Source: Euprymna scolopes (Eukaryota). Taken from it: 64,000 nt of DNA. The stretch lies in the NCBI GenBank assembly GCA_053919585.1, contig CM132827.1; one strand, 5' to 3'. The notes below the pieces were generated by a model. That model did not search any database and was not told the origin of the DNA. It saw only the letters and a list, made by a program, of their open reading frames with translations. The position numbers and the translations under genes were made by a program. Shown here piece by piece: positions 30,001-41,695 of this stretch; position 1 is the first letter of the stretch, and each line of letters opens with the position of its first letter.

Positions 30001-32655
30001 TTCAAGTCGGAATCTATATGAGTGAGATCATTAAAGTTTAAAAGACATTTCTAGTCGGAATCTATATGAGTGAGATCATCAAAGTTTAAAAGACATTTCA
30101 AGTCGGAATCTATATGAGTGAGACCATTAAAGTTTAAAAGACATTTCAAGTCGGAATCTATATGGGTGAGATCATTAAAGTTTAAAAGACATTTCTAGTC
30201 GGAATCTATATGAGTGAGATCATTAAAGTTTAAAAGACATTTCAAGACGGGATCTATATGAGTGAGATCATTAAAATTTAAAAGACATTTCAAGTCGGAA
30301 TCTATATGAGTGAGATCATTAAAGTTTAAAAGACATTTCAAGTCGGAATCTATATGAGTGAGATCATTAAAGTTTAAAAGACATTTCAAGTCGGAATCTA
30401 TATGAGTGAGACCATTAAAGTTTAAAAGACATTTCAAGTCGGAATCTATATGGGTGAGATCATTAAAGTTTAAAAGACATTTCTAGTCGGAATCTATATG
30501 AGTGAGATCATTAAAGTTTAAAAGACATTTCAAGTCGGAATCTATATGAGTGAGATCATTAAAGTTTAAAAGACATTTCTAGTCGGAATCTATATGAGTG
30601 AGATCATTAAAGTTTAAAAGACATTTCAAGTCGGAATCTATATGACTGAGATCATTAAAGTTTAAAAGACATTTCTAGTCGGAATCTATATGAGTGAGAT
30701 CATTAAAGTTTAAAAGACATTTCAAGTCGGAATCTATATGAGTGAGATCATTAAAGTTTAAAAGACATTTCTAGTCGGAATCTATATGAGTGAGATCATT
30801 AAAGTTTAAAAGACATTTCTAGTCGGAATCTATATGAGTGAGATCATTAAAGTTTAAAAGACATTTCTAGTCGGAATCTATATGAGTGAGATCATTAAAG
30901 TTTAAAAGACATTTCAAGTCGGAATCTATATGAGTGAGATCATTAAAGTTTAAAAGACATTTCAAGTCGGAATCTATATGAGTGAGATCATTAAAGTTTA
31001 AAAGACATTTCAAGTCGGAATCTATATGAGTGAGATCATTAAAGTTTAAAAGACATTTCAAGACGGGATCTATATGAGTGAGATCATTAAAGTTTAAAAG
31101 ACATTTCAAGTCGGAATCTATATGGGTGAGATCATTAAAGTTTAAAAGACATTTCTAGTCGGAATCTATATGAGTGAGATCATTAAAGTTTAAAAGACAT
31201 TTCAAGTCGGAATCTATATGAGTGAGATCATTAAAGTTTAAAAGACATTTCTAGTTGGAATCTATATGAGTGAGATCATTAAAGTTTAAAAGACATTTCA
31301 AGTCGGAATCTATATGAGTGAGATCATTAAAATTTAAAAGACATTTCAAGTCGGAATCTATATGAGTGAGATCATTAAAGTTTAAAAGACATTTCAAGTC
31401 GGAATCTATATAAGTGAGATCATTAAAGTTTAAAAGACATTTCAAGTCGGAATCTATATGAGTGAGATCATTAAAGTTTAAAGTACAGTTCAAGACGGGA
31501 TCTATATGAGTGAGATCATTAAAGTTTAAAAGACATTTCAAGTCGGAATCTATATGAGTGAGATCATTAAAGTTTAAAAGACATTTCAAGTCGGAATCTA
31601 TATGAGTGAGATCATTAAAGTTTAAAAGACATTTCAAGTCGGAATCTATATGAGTGAGATCATTAAAGTTTAAAAGACATTTCAAGACGGGATCTATATG
31701 AGTGAGATCTTTAAAGTTTAAAAGACATTTCAAGTCGGAATCTATATGGGTGAGATCATTAAAGTTTAAAAGACATTTCTAGTCGGAATCTATATGAGTG
31801 AGATCATTAAAGTTTAAAAGACATTTCAAGTCGGAATCTATATGAGTGAGATCATTAAAGTTTAAAAGACATTTCTAGTCGGAATCTATATGAGTGAGAT
31901 CATTAACGTTTAAAAGACATTTCAAGTCGGAATCTATATGAGTGAGATCATTAAAATTTAAAAGACATTTCAAGTCGGAATCTATATGAGTGAGATCATT
32001 AAAGTTTAAAAGACATTTCAAGTCGGAATCTATATAAGTGAGATCATTAAAGTTTAAAAGACATTTCAAGTCGGAATCTATATGAGTGAGATCATTAAAG
32101 TTTAAAGTACAGTTCAAGACGGGATCTATATGAGTGAGATCATTAAAGTTTAAAAGACATTTCAAGACGGGATCTATATGAGTGAGATCATTAAAGTTTA
32201 AAAGACATTTCAAGTCGGAATCTATATGAGTGAGATCATTAAAGTTTAAAGTACAGTTCAAGACGGGATCTATATGAGTGAGATCATTAAAGTTTAAAAG
32301 ACATTTCAAGACGGGATCTATATGAGTGAGATCATTAAAGTTTAAAAGACATTTCAAGTCGGAATCTATATGAGTGAGATCATTAAAGTTTAAAAGACAT
32401 TTCAAGTCGGAATCTATATGAGTGAGATCATTAAAGTTTAAAAGACATTTCAAGTCGGAATCTATATGAGTGAGATCATTAAAGTTTAAAAGACATTTCA
32501 AGACGGGATCTATATGAGTGAGACCATTAAAGTTTAAAGGACATTTCAAGACGGGATCTATATGAGTGAGATCATTAAAGTGTAAAAGACATTTCAAGAC
32601 GGGATCTATATGAGTGAGATCATTAAAGTTTAAAAGACATTTCAAGACGGGATCT
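1..32655. repeat. 48-bp satellite DNA array, about 680 monomers, open at the left window edge
   Basis: Uninterrupted tandem copies of TTCAAGTCGGAATCTATATGAGTGAGATCATTAAAGTTTAAAAGACAT, with two main alleles (GTCGGAATC and GACGGGATC). Ends sharply at ...GACGGGATCT|GTTTTT at 32655. Confidence 0.99.
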
Positions 32656-32758
32656 GTTTTTAAGCGGCTGTGACTGGCTTTTTTATAATCAACTGAAAAG
32701 AATACACACTTTATGACATAATCATTATCATATATTTATGTTCCAAACATTCAATATC

Positions 32759-32929
32759 NNNNNNNNNNNNNNNNNNNNNNNNNNNNNNNNNNNNNNNNNN
32801 NNNNNNNNNNNNNNNNNNNNNNNNNNNNNNNNNNNNNNNNNNNNNNNNNNNNNNNNNNNNNNNNNNNNNNNNNNNNNNNNNNNNNNNNNNNNNNNNNNNN
32901 NNNNNNNNNNNNNNNNNNNNNNNNNNNNN
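32759..32929. other. Assembly gap (N run)
   Basis: 171 N. Confidence 1.
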
Positions 32930-33331
32930 CTGTACTAATCTGTAGTATTTCAGAAATCGAGACGTTAAAAAACAATATGATAGATGGTAGCAGTGGGGGA
33001 TGAGGGCGTAGAAATATGAGTCACAATTGACTGACACGCATTTACTTATGGTGTCTTGAAGAAACTTCCGGATTTTTTTACTTGAGTCGAAGTCACGTAA
33101 TTTCCAAATCTCTTAGTTTTCCGGACAGTCGGAAGCAGTAGTCAATTGAATTGCTGTCTGGCTTATTGACTGGCTGGCAAGTAAAATGGAAGAGTACGAT
33201 ACAGTCGGAGCAAGAGAGGAAGGAACGAAGAAAAAAAATAAAGAAGCAGCAGGTCTAAGTATAAACGGCAATTGTGAAGAGAAAGTTATTAAAAGTAAAT
33301 GAAAGAGGGATTAGGGTTAGGGTTAATTTAG

Positions 33332-34060
33332 AACAAGTAAAGCATGCATGGTCCCCTGTGAGTGAACGAGACATGAAAAAATGACTAAGTTCAGCATTTG
33401 CAACCTCCCCCATTTAGCCCCCAAAGTCCCCAGGGGACGTCAAATCATGGTGAAAATAAACAAACGGTGCAGTTTTAAACCTTAATTTATGCAAATTTGA
33501 GTTCTGCGCCATGCAAAAAAAGAAATGACTAAGTCCATTATTTACCCTCCCCCCACCATTTAGCCCCCAAAGTCACCAAGGTCTTAACATATTTAAATTT
33601 GAGTTCAGAACCATGCAAAACTGCTAAATAGATATACACAGAAAATTTCGGACAAATATAGTAAAATAGTCCCCAAAATGGAGAGTTTTTATTAGCCCTA
33701 AAAAGCCCCTGGGGCACACCGAAGAGTTATCGCGAAGTATAGACAAACAAAATGATATAGAAATCAGTTAGTTACAACTTTTCAGAAAGTTTTATAAAAA
33801 TCCAAGACATCATTTTTTTTTAATAAGCACAAAAAATGTCAATTTTAGCCATTTAAATCCAAATAGAACCCCTGGGGGGGGCAACGGAGTTTTCCCGGAA
33901 AATCCGTTCTGTTTATTTTTACTCATATCATGTTTAATGTTTGTGCAAAATATCAAAAAATTCAAAGGCGTAGTTATTGAGAAAAGTGCAGACAGACGAA
34001 CGGACGAACGGACAAGGGTGAATTTACAGACCCACCCTTCTTTTGTCGGGGGATCAAAAA
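33332..34060 (+). mobile_element. Non-autonomous Helentron/DINE-1-like element
   Basis: Internal direct repeats (CATTTAGCCCCCAAAGTC twice, AAATTTGAGTTC..CCATGCAAAA twice). A short GACA/GACG microsatellite at about 33990-34013 is followed by a CCC...GGGGG stem-loop and an A run, the usual 3' layout of such elements. The 5' boundary is approximate. Confidence 0.5.
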
Positions 34061-34399
34061 AGTGATGGCAAGGAAATTGAAAACGAATGATGAGCATAGC
34101 AATAAAGAGATGGAATATTAATGGTGGTTGAATGAAGGGACGACGGGGAAAAAGGTGATAGATAAATAGGCAGATAATGATCTTAATTATAAATACAAAG
34201 AGGACGGGGGGGGGGTTAAGTGTTTATAAGAAAGCGAAAGAGAGAGAGAGTTCACGCTAAAGAGTCATTGAATATTCAAAAGAACTAGTTGAAAAGATCG
34301 TTAGAATGAGATTTGTAAAGACAGGAAGTTCAGTATTTAGAGAAAGAGGTTGAGAAATTTAGATTTAAAGACAGAGATTTTAAGAGGCAGATGTTAAGA

Positions 34400-35587
34400 G
34401 ATAGATAGAGGGATCACGTATTTAAAGAAATCGAGAAAAAGAAAAGAAAAAAATGTTCGTGTTAGAGAGTTATTGAATGTTCTAGTTAGGGAAAAACTTT
34501 AAAAGGATTCAGAAGAGAGAGAGAGAGAGAGAGAGAGAGACAATGAGAGGGAGAGGGACTAGTTCAGAGTGGGAGTATTTAAATTCATCGTAGGAGTTAA
34601 CAAAAATAATTTAACGGTTTTCTGATAGAAAGGGGTTGAAATATGTTAGAAAGGAGAGATTCCAAGATTCCGTTTTTTATCTTATAAATACGGTGTCGAA
34701 TTCATCTGCCAACACCCCCGTAATCGTCCCACATGATTTTTATTGTTTCTTTCTTCATCATTTATCCATCGATCATGTTCGATTGCAAGCATCCAAATCA
34801 ATGTTTGATGTCTTCTTGTAATAACAGCAACGACCTATCGATCGAAAAGGCGAGACGGCGATAGAAGATGAGTTTCTTTTGTTTGGGGAGAGACGCAGGG
34901 AAATCAAAATAAAGGTTCTTTTATTTTCATTTTTTATTCTTAATGTAATTTCAGTGCAAATAAATAGACCAACATTTGATATATAATCCCAACTATAACA
35001 CTCTCTATCCCTGTACACATCTCTCTGACCAACGTTTTCCATCTTTTTTTTTTACACTACGTCTTTTAATCCAATGGCCTCTGCTAATTTTATCTCTTTT
35101 GCAAACACTTTCTAACTTTTACTCTCTAATTCCAATCTCGCTAAGCCGTCCCCTTTTTAGCACTGTCTCACAAATATACTCTTATCTTTGCTCAATCTAA
35201 TTCTCTCTATTTGCTCGCATTCCAACTCTCTCTGTTCTGTCTTTCCATCTGTCTCATCCCCCCCTCTCTCTCTCTCTCTAACAATCTCTCTAACTCTCAC
35301 TCTAACTCGCTACCGTCCTCATACTTTTAACATTATAAATATCCCTACTAAAACTAAATTAAATCTCTCTTTTCTAACATATTTCAAGCCCCTTCTCTCA
35401 AATAACTATTCAATTATTTCTGCTAATTCATACACTAAATTTAAATACTCTCTATCTGAACAAGTCTCTCTTCCTCATTATCTCTCTCTTCTCTATTCTT
35501 TTTCAAATCTCTTTCCCACTAGAACTTTCAATAACAACCGAGAACGAACATTTTCTTTGACTTTTCCTCTCTCTTTAAATATATGAC

Positions 35588-35590
<3 letters not shown>
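34400..35590. repeat. Two highly decayed copies of one element in inverted orientation, possibly LINE RT remnants
   Basis: About 34450-34662 (GA-rich) is the diverged reverse complement of about 35361-35555 (CT-rich). Example: GATAGAAAGGGGTTGAAATATGTTAGAAAGGAGAGATT versus the reverse complement GAGAGAAGGGGCTTGAAATATGTTAGAAAAGAGAGATT. Confidence 0.6.
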
Positions 35591-35627
<37 letters not shown>

Positions 35628-35641
35628 ATTTTCATTGATTG

Positions 35642-36500
35642 TTTTTTTTTTCAATTTTCACCCCAAACAAGGCACAGTGCTACTTTGAAGTAGGGTACTA
35701 TTATCTAAGACATAAGTTGCAGGGATATTATGAAGGGAGTTAGGCAGCAAGATGTCTGTTCACATTACACTTGAACTTCTGCATGTCAGTACAGTTGGGA
35801 AAGCAGAATCCCAGAAAGAAGTTCCAAAGTCTAACTGTTCGAGGGAAGAAACTATTGGAGTAGAAAGCTTTCTTACACCTAGGGATCTCTACTGTGAAGG
35901 GTGGGATTTAGCTGCTTGTCGGGTTTGTCAAGGGTATTTATGTCGAGGGGGTATAAATGCTTGTAGATCGTCAGAACATTTACCATTAAAATACTTGTAG
36001 AACAGGTCGAGATATGCAACATCTCGTCGATGGGAGAAAGGCTTAGATGACAGTTCAAGACCTATCAGGTTGGTGACTCTCTTTTAAACTCTGTCCAAGA
36101 GTGAGAAACTAGTGGCCCAAATGTAACAACAGTACTCCATACATGGGCGAATGGTGGCCTTATAAAGATACAGGATACTTTCAGGCATAAGTAGCTTTCT
36201 AGTACAGTAGAGAAAGCACACCTTCTTTGCAGCAGCCTTGGCAATACTCTCAATATTTCTGTTCCAACTCATGTTTTCTGTGAACATTAGGCCGAGGAGT
36301 TTAAAAGAAGTACTTTCAGGTAATGTGTTTTTAGCCATTGCTATTGATGGTAGAGAAGGGTTCTTGTAATTATTGAAGGAAATAAACTTAGTCTTGGCAG
36401 CATTGAATATGACTATCCATTTTGGTCCCATTCCACTACAGATTGGAGGTCTTCTCTAGTGTTTCTGCCATTTCCTTAGATATGTGTTCATTTGCTTTCC
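35642..36500 (-). mobile_element. CR1/L2-group LINE 3' fragment (RT C-terminus, disrupted)
   Basis: Translation W..IFNAAKTK...FKLLGLMFTENMSWNRNIESIAKAAAKK...LYLYKATIRPCMEYCCYIW, with frameshifts. A T run at about 35642 fits a poly(A) tail. Confidence 0.85.
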
Positions 36501-36582
36501 CCTCAAGACCCGGAGGCCATTCGAGGATAAGGGTTAATGGATATACATTAGTCAATGCGATTATAGCGTTTTTAACATAGTT

Positions 36583-37172
36583 GGATTACATACGGGTACG
36601 GTTCATCAAGAACTTGTTTACATTGGACTTGAAAACAATCAGATTGTAGTCACCTGGGAAGCAGGCCAAAGGAAGAGAGTTCCAAAGGCATGCAATTCCA
36701 TGAAAGAAGCTGTCCTCATGGAATCTACGTTTAGGTCTAGGCACAGATAGAGAGTGTGGGGAAACTATTAGTGGTGGTTTTGGCAAGACGAGTGTTTTTC
36801 GTGAAAGTTTGTCGAGAGGGGACCATGGATTGAAGCTCAGACGAGCACCAGCCATGGAAATAACGATGAAGCAGAGACAGGCTCGCAACGTCTCTTCTGT
36901 GGGAAAGAGGTTGCAGGAAAGAGAAAAGGACATCCCCGACTAAGCTACGAAGTCTGTTTTAAACAATGTCAAGACAGGATAAGCAGCTTCTAGCAGCTCC
37001 AGTCCAGATGCGGCAACAGTACTCCATCATTGGCCGTATCTGGCTTTTATACAGGTAGAGAATTGCACCAGGAGTGAGATATCTACTGGAGCAGTAGAAG
37101 GATCCTACCATTTTTCCAGCGACCTTGCCAACGGATTTGATATATGTGTTCCATTTCAGCTTATTACTAAGC
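36583..37172 (-). mobile_element. Second CR1/L2-group LINE 3' fragment (different family)
   Basis: Translations ...WNTYIKSVGKVAGKMVGSFY...LYLYKSQIRPMMEYCCRIW... and ...DSFFHGIACLWNSLPLACFPGDYNLIVFKSNVN. Confidence 0.85.
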
Positions 37173-37396
37173 TGTGACGGATAAAGACTTCCGGGCTTTA
37201 CGAGATTCAGACAAGCAGTAAATTAAAACTCGGAAATAGGAAATTTTTTACATTCGTCTCCCATTCATCATACACTAGCGAGACTCATTCATATGTAATA
37301 TATTGATGTTGGCATTCTGTAGATGTTCAGTGTAAATGGAGACGCTGTGATATTATTGTAGTTCTTTTGTTAAAACTGCAAAAGTACTTATCTAAG

Positions 37397-37498
37397 CTAG
37401 CAGGGACGCCCGGTGACGCCCGGTCGTAAAGTACGCTTAAATATGATATTTTAATTTTTGAAGATTTCATACATATTATTATAGAGTTAATGTTCTAT

Positions 37499-37550
<52 letters not shown>

Positions 37551-37628
37551 GTTGCGATTTCAAAAATAAAAAATACATCTATATGACTTGGATTCATCAA
37601 CTTAAATCGAAACCGAATTCCAAACTTA

Positions 37629-37666
<38 letters not shown>

Positions 37667-38005
37667 AAAAACATAGATTACTAAGGTGCCATCAGCTAAA
37701 ATCGAAACCGAAACGAAGACTTATGACGAATTCTTGATAAAATTATTTAAAAAAATAGATTATTGGAGTGCCATTAGCTATAATCGAAACCGAAACCAAA
37801 ACTTATGAGGAATTCTTGGTAAAATTATTTATAAAAAATTAAATTACTTGAGTGTCATCAGCTATAATTGAAACCGAAACAAAATTAAGGAAGAATTCTT
37901 GGTAAAATTATTTATTTCAAGAAATGGAAGTACATAACAATTAAACGACCCGGATGTAAGCGTGGCACAGAAAATAATAGACATGCTATCGTTTTGATAT
38001 ATAGA
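37397..38005 (-). mobile_element. Non-autonomous Helitron-like element carrying about 60-bp internal tandem repeats and (TA)n
   Basis: The minus strand starts A|TCTATATATCAAAACG and ends in a GC-rich subterminal motif CCGGGCGTCACCGGGCGTCCCTGCTAG. Four copies of AATCGAAACCGAAAC..ACTTATGA.GAAT lie at about 37600-37915. Confidence 0.65.
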
Positions 38006-38444
38006 TAAAAAATGTTTTCTTATAAACTTTTGTATTTCTTTATTTTTCAGTTAAACCCCTATGTTTTAGGCAGCTGTTTCTATCTGGTTAGCCTTCTATT
38101 ATTTAATGTGTCGTTGTATTATGCATGTTTTATGTGTATATTTATATACAACTTTTATATAACCTAATTCATATAAAATGTCGGTGAGGTTATTGGTTAT
38201 ACCAAAATACACTCAAATATAGCCTTTACTAATTCCATTGTCCACACCACAATTCAACTTTTTTACTTCTAATGAAAACAAATCTTTAAGAAAGGAAGAA
38301 AAAACCGCAAAAGTAATAATTAAGGCTACGACAAGATAATATTCTTATGATTGTTTTAACTATTGAGTATATATCTGACACAGTCAGACACACTTAATCG
38401 AGAACCACATCACTCTATCTAAAAACATATGAGATATATGAACG

Positions 38445-38760
38445 AGGAGGTTATACCTGGAATGATGCTTTCATAACCATGGAACAGATAGTTTAATATC
38501 TCCAAAGGGTAATGCCTGGGGGAGTGGTCTTATGACAACAGAAATGATATAACAATATCTCCTCACCTTAAGAAAAGAGATAATGTCGGAGAAGATCGTA
38601 TCATGACGAAGGAACATATACTACACTGCACTCTATGGAAATATGGAGTAATGTCTAGAAGAATGGCCCCATGACAACAGAAGCGATATTACACTATTCC
38701 CTTAAAGTGGAGCTAATGGATGTGAGGTTGGTAGAACTGATACTACACTATTATACTCGA
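38445..38760. repeat. Degenerate ~60-bp tandem repeat block, copy A
   Basis: Recurring ATCATGACAACAGAAC..ATACTACACT..GGTAATG motif. 38445-38690 is duplicated at 39944-40195. Confidence 0.75.
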
Positions 38761-39609
38761 GCGTCAAAATAATGAAAAGAATATTGTCTTGTTATAGCCC
38801 TAGTAATAATTTATCTAAAGAAGTGGAGAAGGAAAGGCAGTGACTTGACAAATCGTGAATCTGTTTTCTTTTTTTTTTCTTTTTTTCTCATCTTGCTGAT
38901 TATACTACAGATTAATAGAATAACAGAATAATAGAATAAAGAATGGTGACAGAAACATAATTCCTTTACGATTATCACCGAGGACCAATAACACCGAATA
39001 ATATGTTTGGGTGATTTTTTTTACGCGAATAAAAGAAAGAAAGAAAAAAAAAACATACCAATGTGATAAAGCAAAAAAAAAAAAAAAAAAAATGTTATCT
39101 TCGTCAGACAAAGATGGCGTAAGTGTCCATGATCTGGTCCATGTTATTTGACCGACTTGTTTTTAGATCGCACAGAAATATTATTTATTTATTTTTTTAT
39201 CTTTGCACTCAGATAAGCTGACTCCATTCTGTCTGTAACAACTCGTTCTCGTCTTGACGCGGCCTTAGTAATGTTTATAAACCAGGCATTATTGATCTGA
39301 GAAAGGAAGAAAAATGGGAGCGGTATATTTCTGAAGCTTGTCTGTTTCGTAGAATCTGAATGTTAACTACCGTTCTTTAATACAATAGTGGCGCACTGGC
39401 GCACTGCAAAATATTTTTCTTTGGGCCAGGAGAACAATTGAGCAATAGTACCAGATTTTTTCACTATTGCATGTAATTGTAGCCACAATATCCTATTTTG
39501 TCATTTAAAGGCATCAAAACATCTTCAAGGCTAAGACGTAAACACAGCAATTCACTCTTTACTATCTAAGATTAAAAAACTATATAACTATATATGTCAA
39601 TAAGGATAA

Positions 39610-40195
39610 AAAGGTAATCCCGGGGAGCATGTTATCATGACAACAGAACAGAAACTACATTATCCTCACCCAAAGGAAGAAGTAATGCCTGGGAGGAGGG
39701 AATCATGATGAACGAACATACGCTAGGCTTCAACCAAATGAGGAGGTAATGGTTGGGAGAATGGTATCATAGCGACAGAACAAATACTACATTATATTCC
39801 CTCTCTAAAAAAAACAGAAGCCGGAATGCTTACAAGGATGGTATAATGACAAACGAACATATGGTACACTCCATCAAAGGACAAAGTAATTACTAGTAGT
39901 ACAATCTTATGACAACAAAAGACATACTACTCTAATCTCGAAGGAGGAGGTTATACCTGGAATGATGGTTTCATAACCATGGAACAAATAGTTTACTATC
40001 TCCAAAGAAAGCGGTAATACCTGGGAAGGTGGTCTTATGACAACAGTGATGATATAACAATGTCTCCTCACCTAAAGGAAAGAGATAATGTCGGAGTATA
40101 TCGTATCATGACGAAGGAACATATACTACACTGAATTCTCCGGAAGTATGGAGTAATGTCTAGAAGAATGGACTCATAACAACAGAAGTGATACT
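39610..40195. repeat. Degenerate ~60-bp tandem repeat block, copy B
   Basis: Same motif family as 38445-38760, and includes the ~250-bp direct repeat. Confidence 0.75.
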
Positions 40196-40765
40196 GTTGT
40201 CATCTCACAACGCTTTGGTCAAGTAATCCTCTGACCGGGTTTGGGTGGGATCGAAACAGCTTCCTCTAGACAATGCCAAAGGAATAATTGGCCGAAACGT
40301 GAAAACAACTAGAAGATGAAGATAATAATCCAAATAATTAAATACAAATTATACAAATTAATCATCTGAAAAAATAATTCCAAAATGATTCAATAATATA
40401 ATGTTCTTTATTTCAAACTTATTTCAAACACGCTTAAGTTTGACAACACGCTTAAGTTTGAAATAACATTTTTGTTTTTCTATAGTAAAGAATTCTTTGT
40501 CTGCAAAGCTTAAGTCTAATATGGGATGTTTTGTCTGCGAAACAAGGTCTAAATTGCATTCTACATAGTCTGTCAGGATTACAGCGAAGGTTGTATTTTT
40601 ATTAGATTTGTTTGCAATACCATTTTCTTTTATCTGTCAAGTTTATGTTTCAAATGATATCCTTTTTGGTATGTAAAACTTTATTTTTGATATTAAGTTT
40701 TTGTTTCTGAATTTTAGGGAGATGAGGATTGGTCATTCATATTGCTCATCTCCAAAATTAAAAAC

Positions 40766-41100
40766 CCGTGGCGCAGTGGTTAGAGTACTTGGAAAAATCA
40801 ATAGTAAAAAGTGATATTCTCCTGAAGGTTGAAGGTTCAATTCTCAGCGTAGGTGATCAAAAATACAATTACGAATTACTTAGGGTCTCTATCAAGTCAT
40901 GGCTGATGGAACAAGGGCATGCTACCCCCGTGAAGTAAATAAAGGGTTTCGTTCGAAATTCAGTCCAAATTCGCGAATTCACCAGAAATATTATCGAGTT
41001 CGACAAGATATACCTAAAGAAGGTCAGAGGTTACATCGACTGAAACGTTGTGAAAATCAAACTCAAGATGAGGACAGTAGTCCGATGAATCCAAATAATA
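40766..41100 (+). mobile_element. tRNA-derived SINE with a degenerate Penelope/hammerhead-like tail
   Basis: A-box TGGCGCAGTGG (about 40769) and B-box GGTTCAATTCT (about 40834). The tail reads CTAAAGA-AGGTC...GACT-GAAACGTTGTG at 41014-41052. Related tail fragments lie at about 40195-40330. Confidence 0.65.
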
Positions 41101-41695
41101 TGATTAAGTTTTTTTATCTGTGAAGATTAATGTTGAAAGTTTCAAATTCCATTGTATATAGTCTACCAGGATTATGATGAATGCATTTTTCTTGCTTAGT
41201 TTGAAACAGTATTAAAATAAGGCTATTCTAGAATAATGTGTGTCTTTTAAAAACCGTATTTCAGGTAAAAACATTATTTCGTACTTATGTGTCATGTCGA
41301 AATTAGTTTAAATTCCCAAATTTACGAAAAATGATCCAGTAGATTTAGTTTTTGCACAAAATCCTTGACAATAACTGTCCGATATTTTGTATTTTGAAAT
41401 GGTGGATTTTAATTGAAATCAAGGGAGGTAAATACGTTTTGTCAACATGATCGATTGCTATTACCTTCTCTTAATTTTGAGAAATATTTCACATTAAAAC
41501 GTACAATAAAACTGTATAAATCAATAAACTTCATGAATTTCAATTTTACTTGAAATTATTTTTTAATGATTGTTTTTCGTAAGTTTTAGAATGTATACGA
41601 ATTGCCACATGATGTAAATACGTAATAATGTTTCCACCTGAAATGCGTTAGTACTAAAATTCATTACTTTTCACAAACATCTTAACATCACTAAA

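Noticed and set aside
625-31733. Dozens of minus-strand 'MKCLLNFNDLTHIDSD' ORFs as genes, or one giant readthrough protein
   Set aside because: The 48-bp unit is a multiple of 3 and stop-free in one frame. Starts are almost all TTG inside repeats, and interruptions include TAG, TAA and frameshifting indels, so stop-codon reassignment cannot rescue a single ORF.
1-32655. CRISPR array
   Set aside because: There are no unique spacers and no cas genes, and the context is eukaryotic.
32711-33037. ORFs spanning N runs (also 48012-48334) and microsatellite ORFs (poly-I, poly-Y, YIYI)
   Set aside because: These are artefacts of gaps and simple repeats.
33311-33325. Telomeric TTAGGG repeats
   Set aside because: Only about 2.5 units in purine-rich sequence, which is not enough to call a telomere or fusion site.
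39220-39296. Upstream exon that would splice to the satellite-edge acceptor
   Set aside because: The only open frame ends at a weak donor in phase 2, whereas the acceptor at 32692 needs phase 1.
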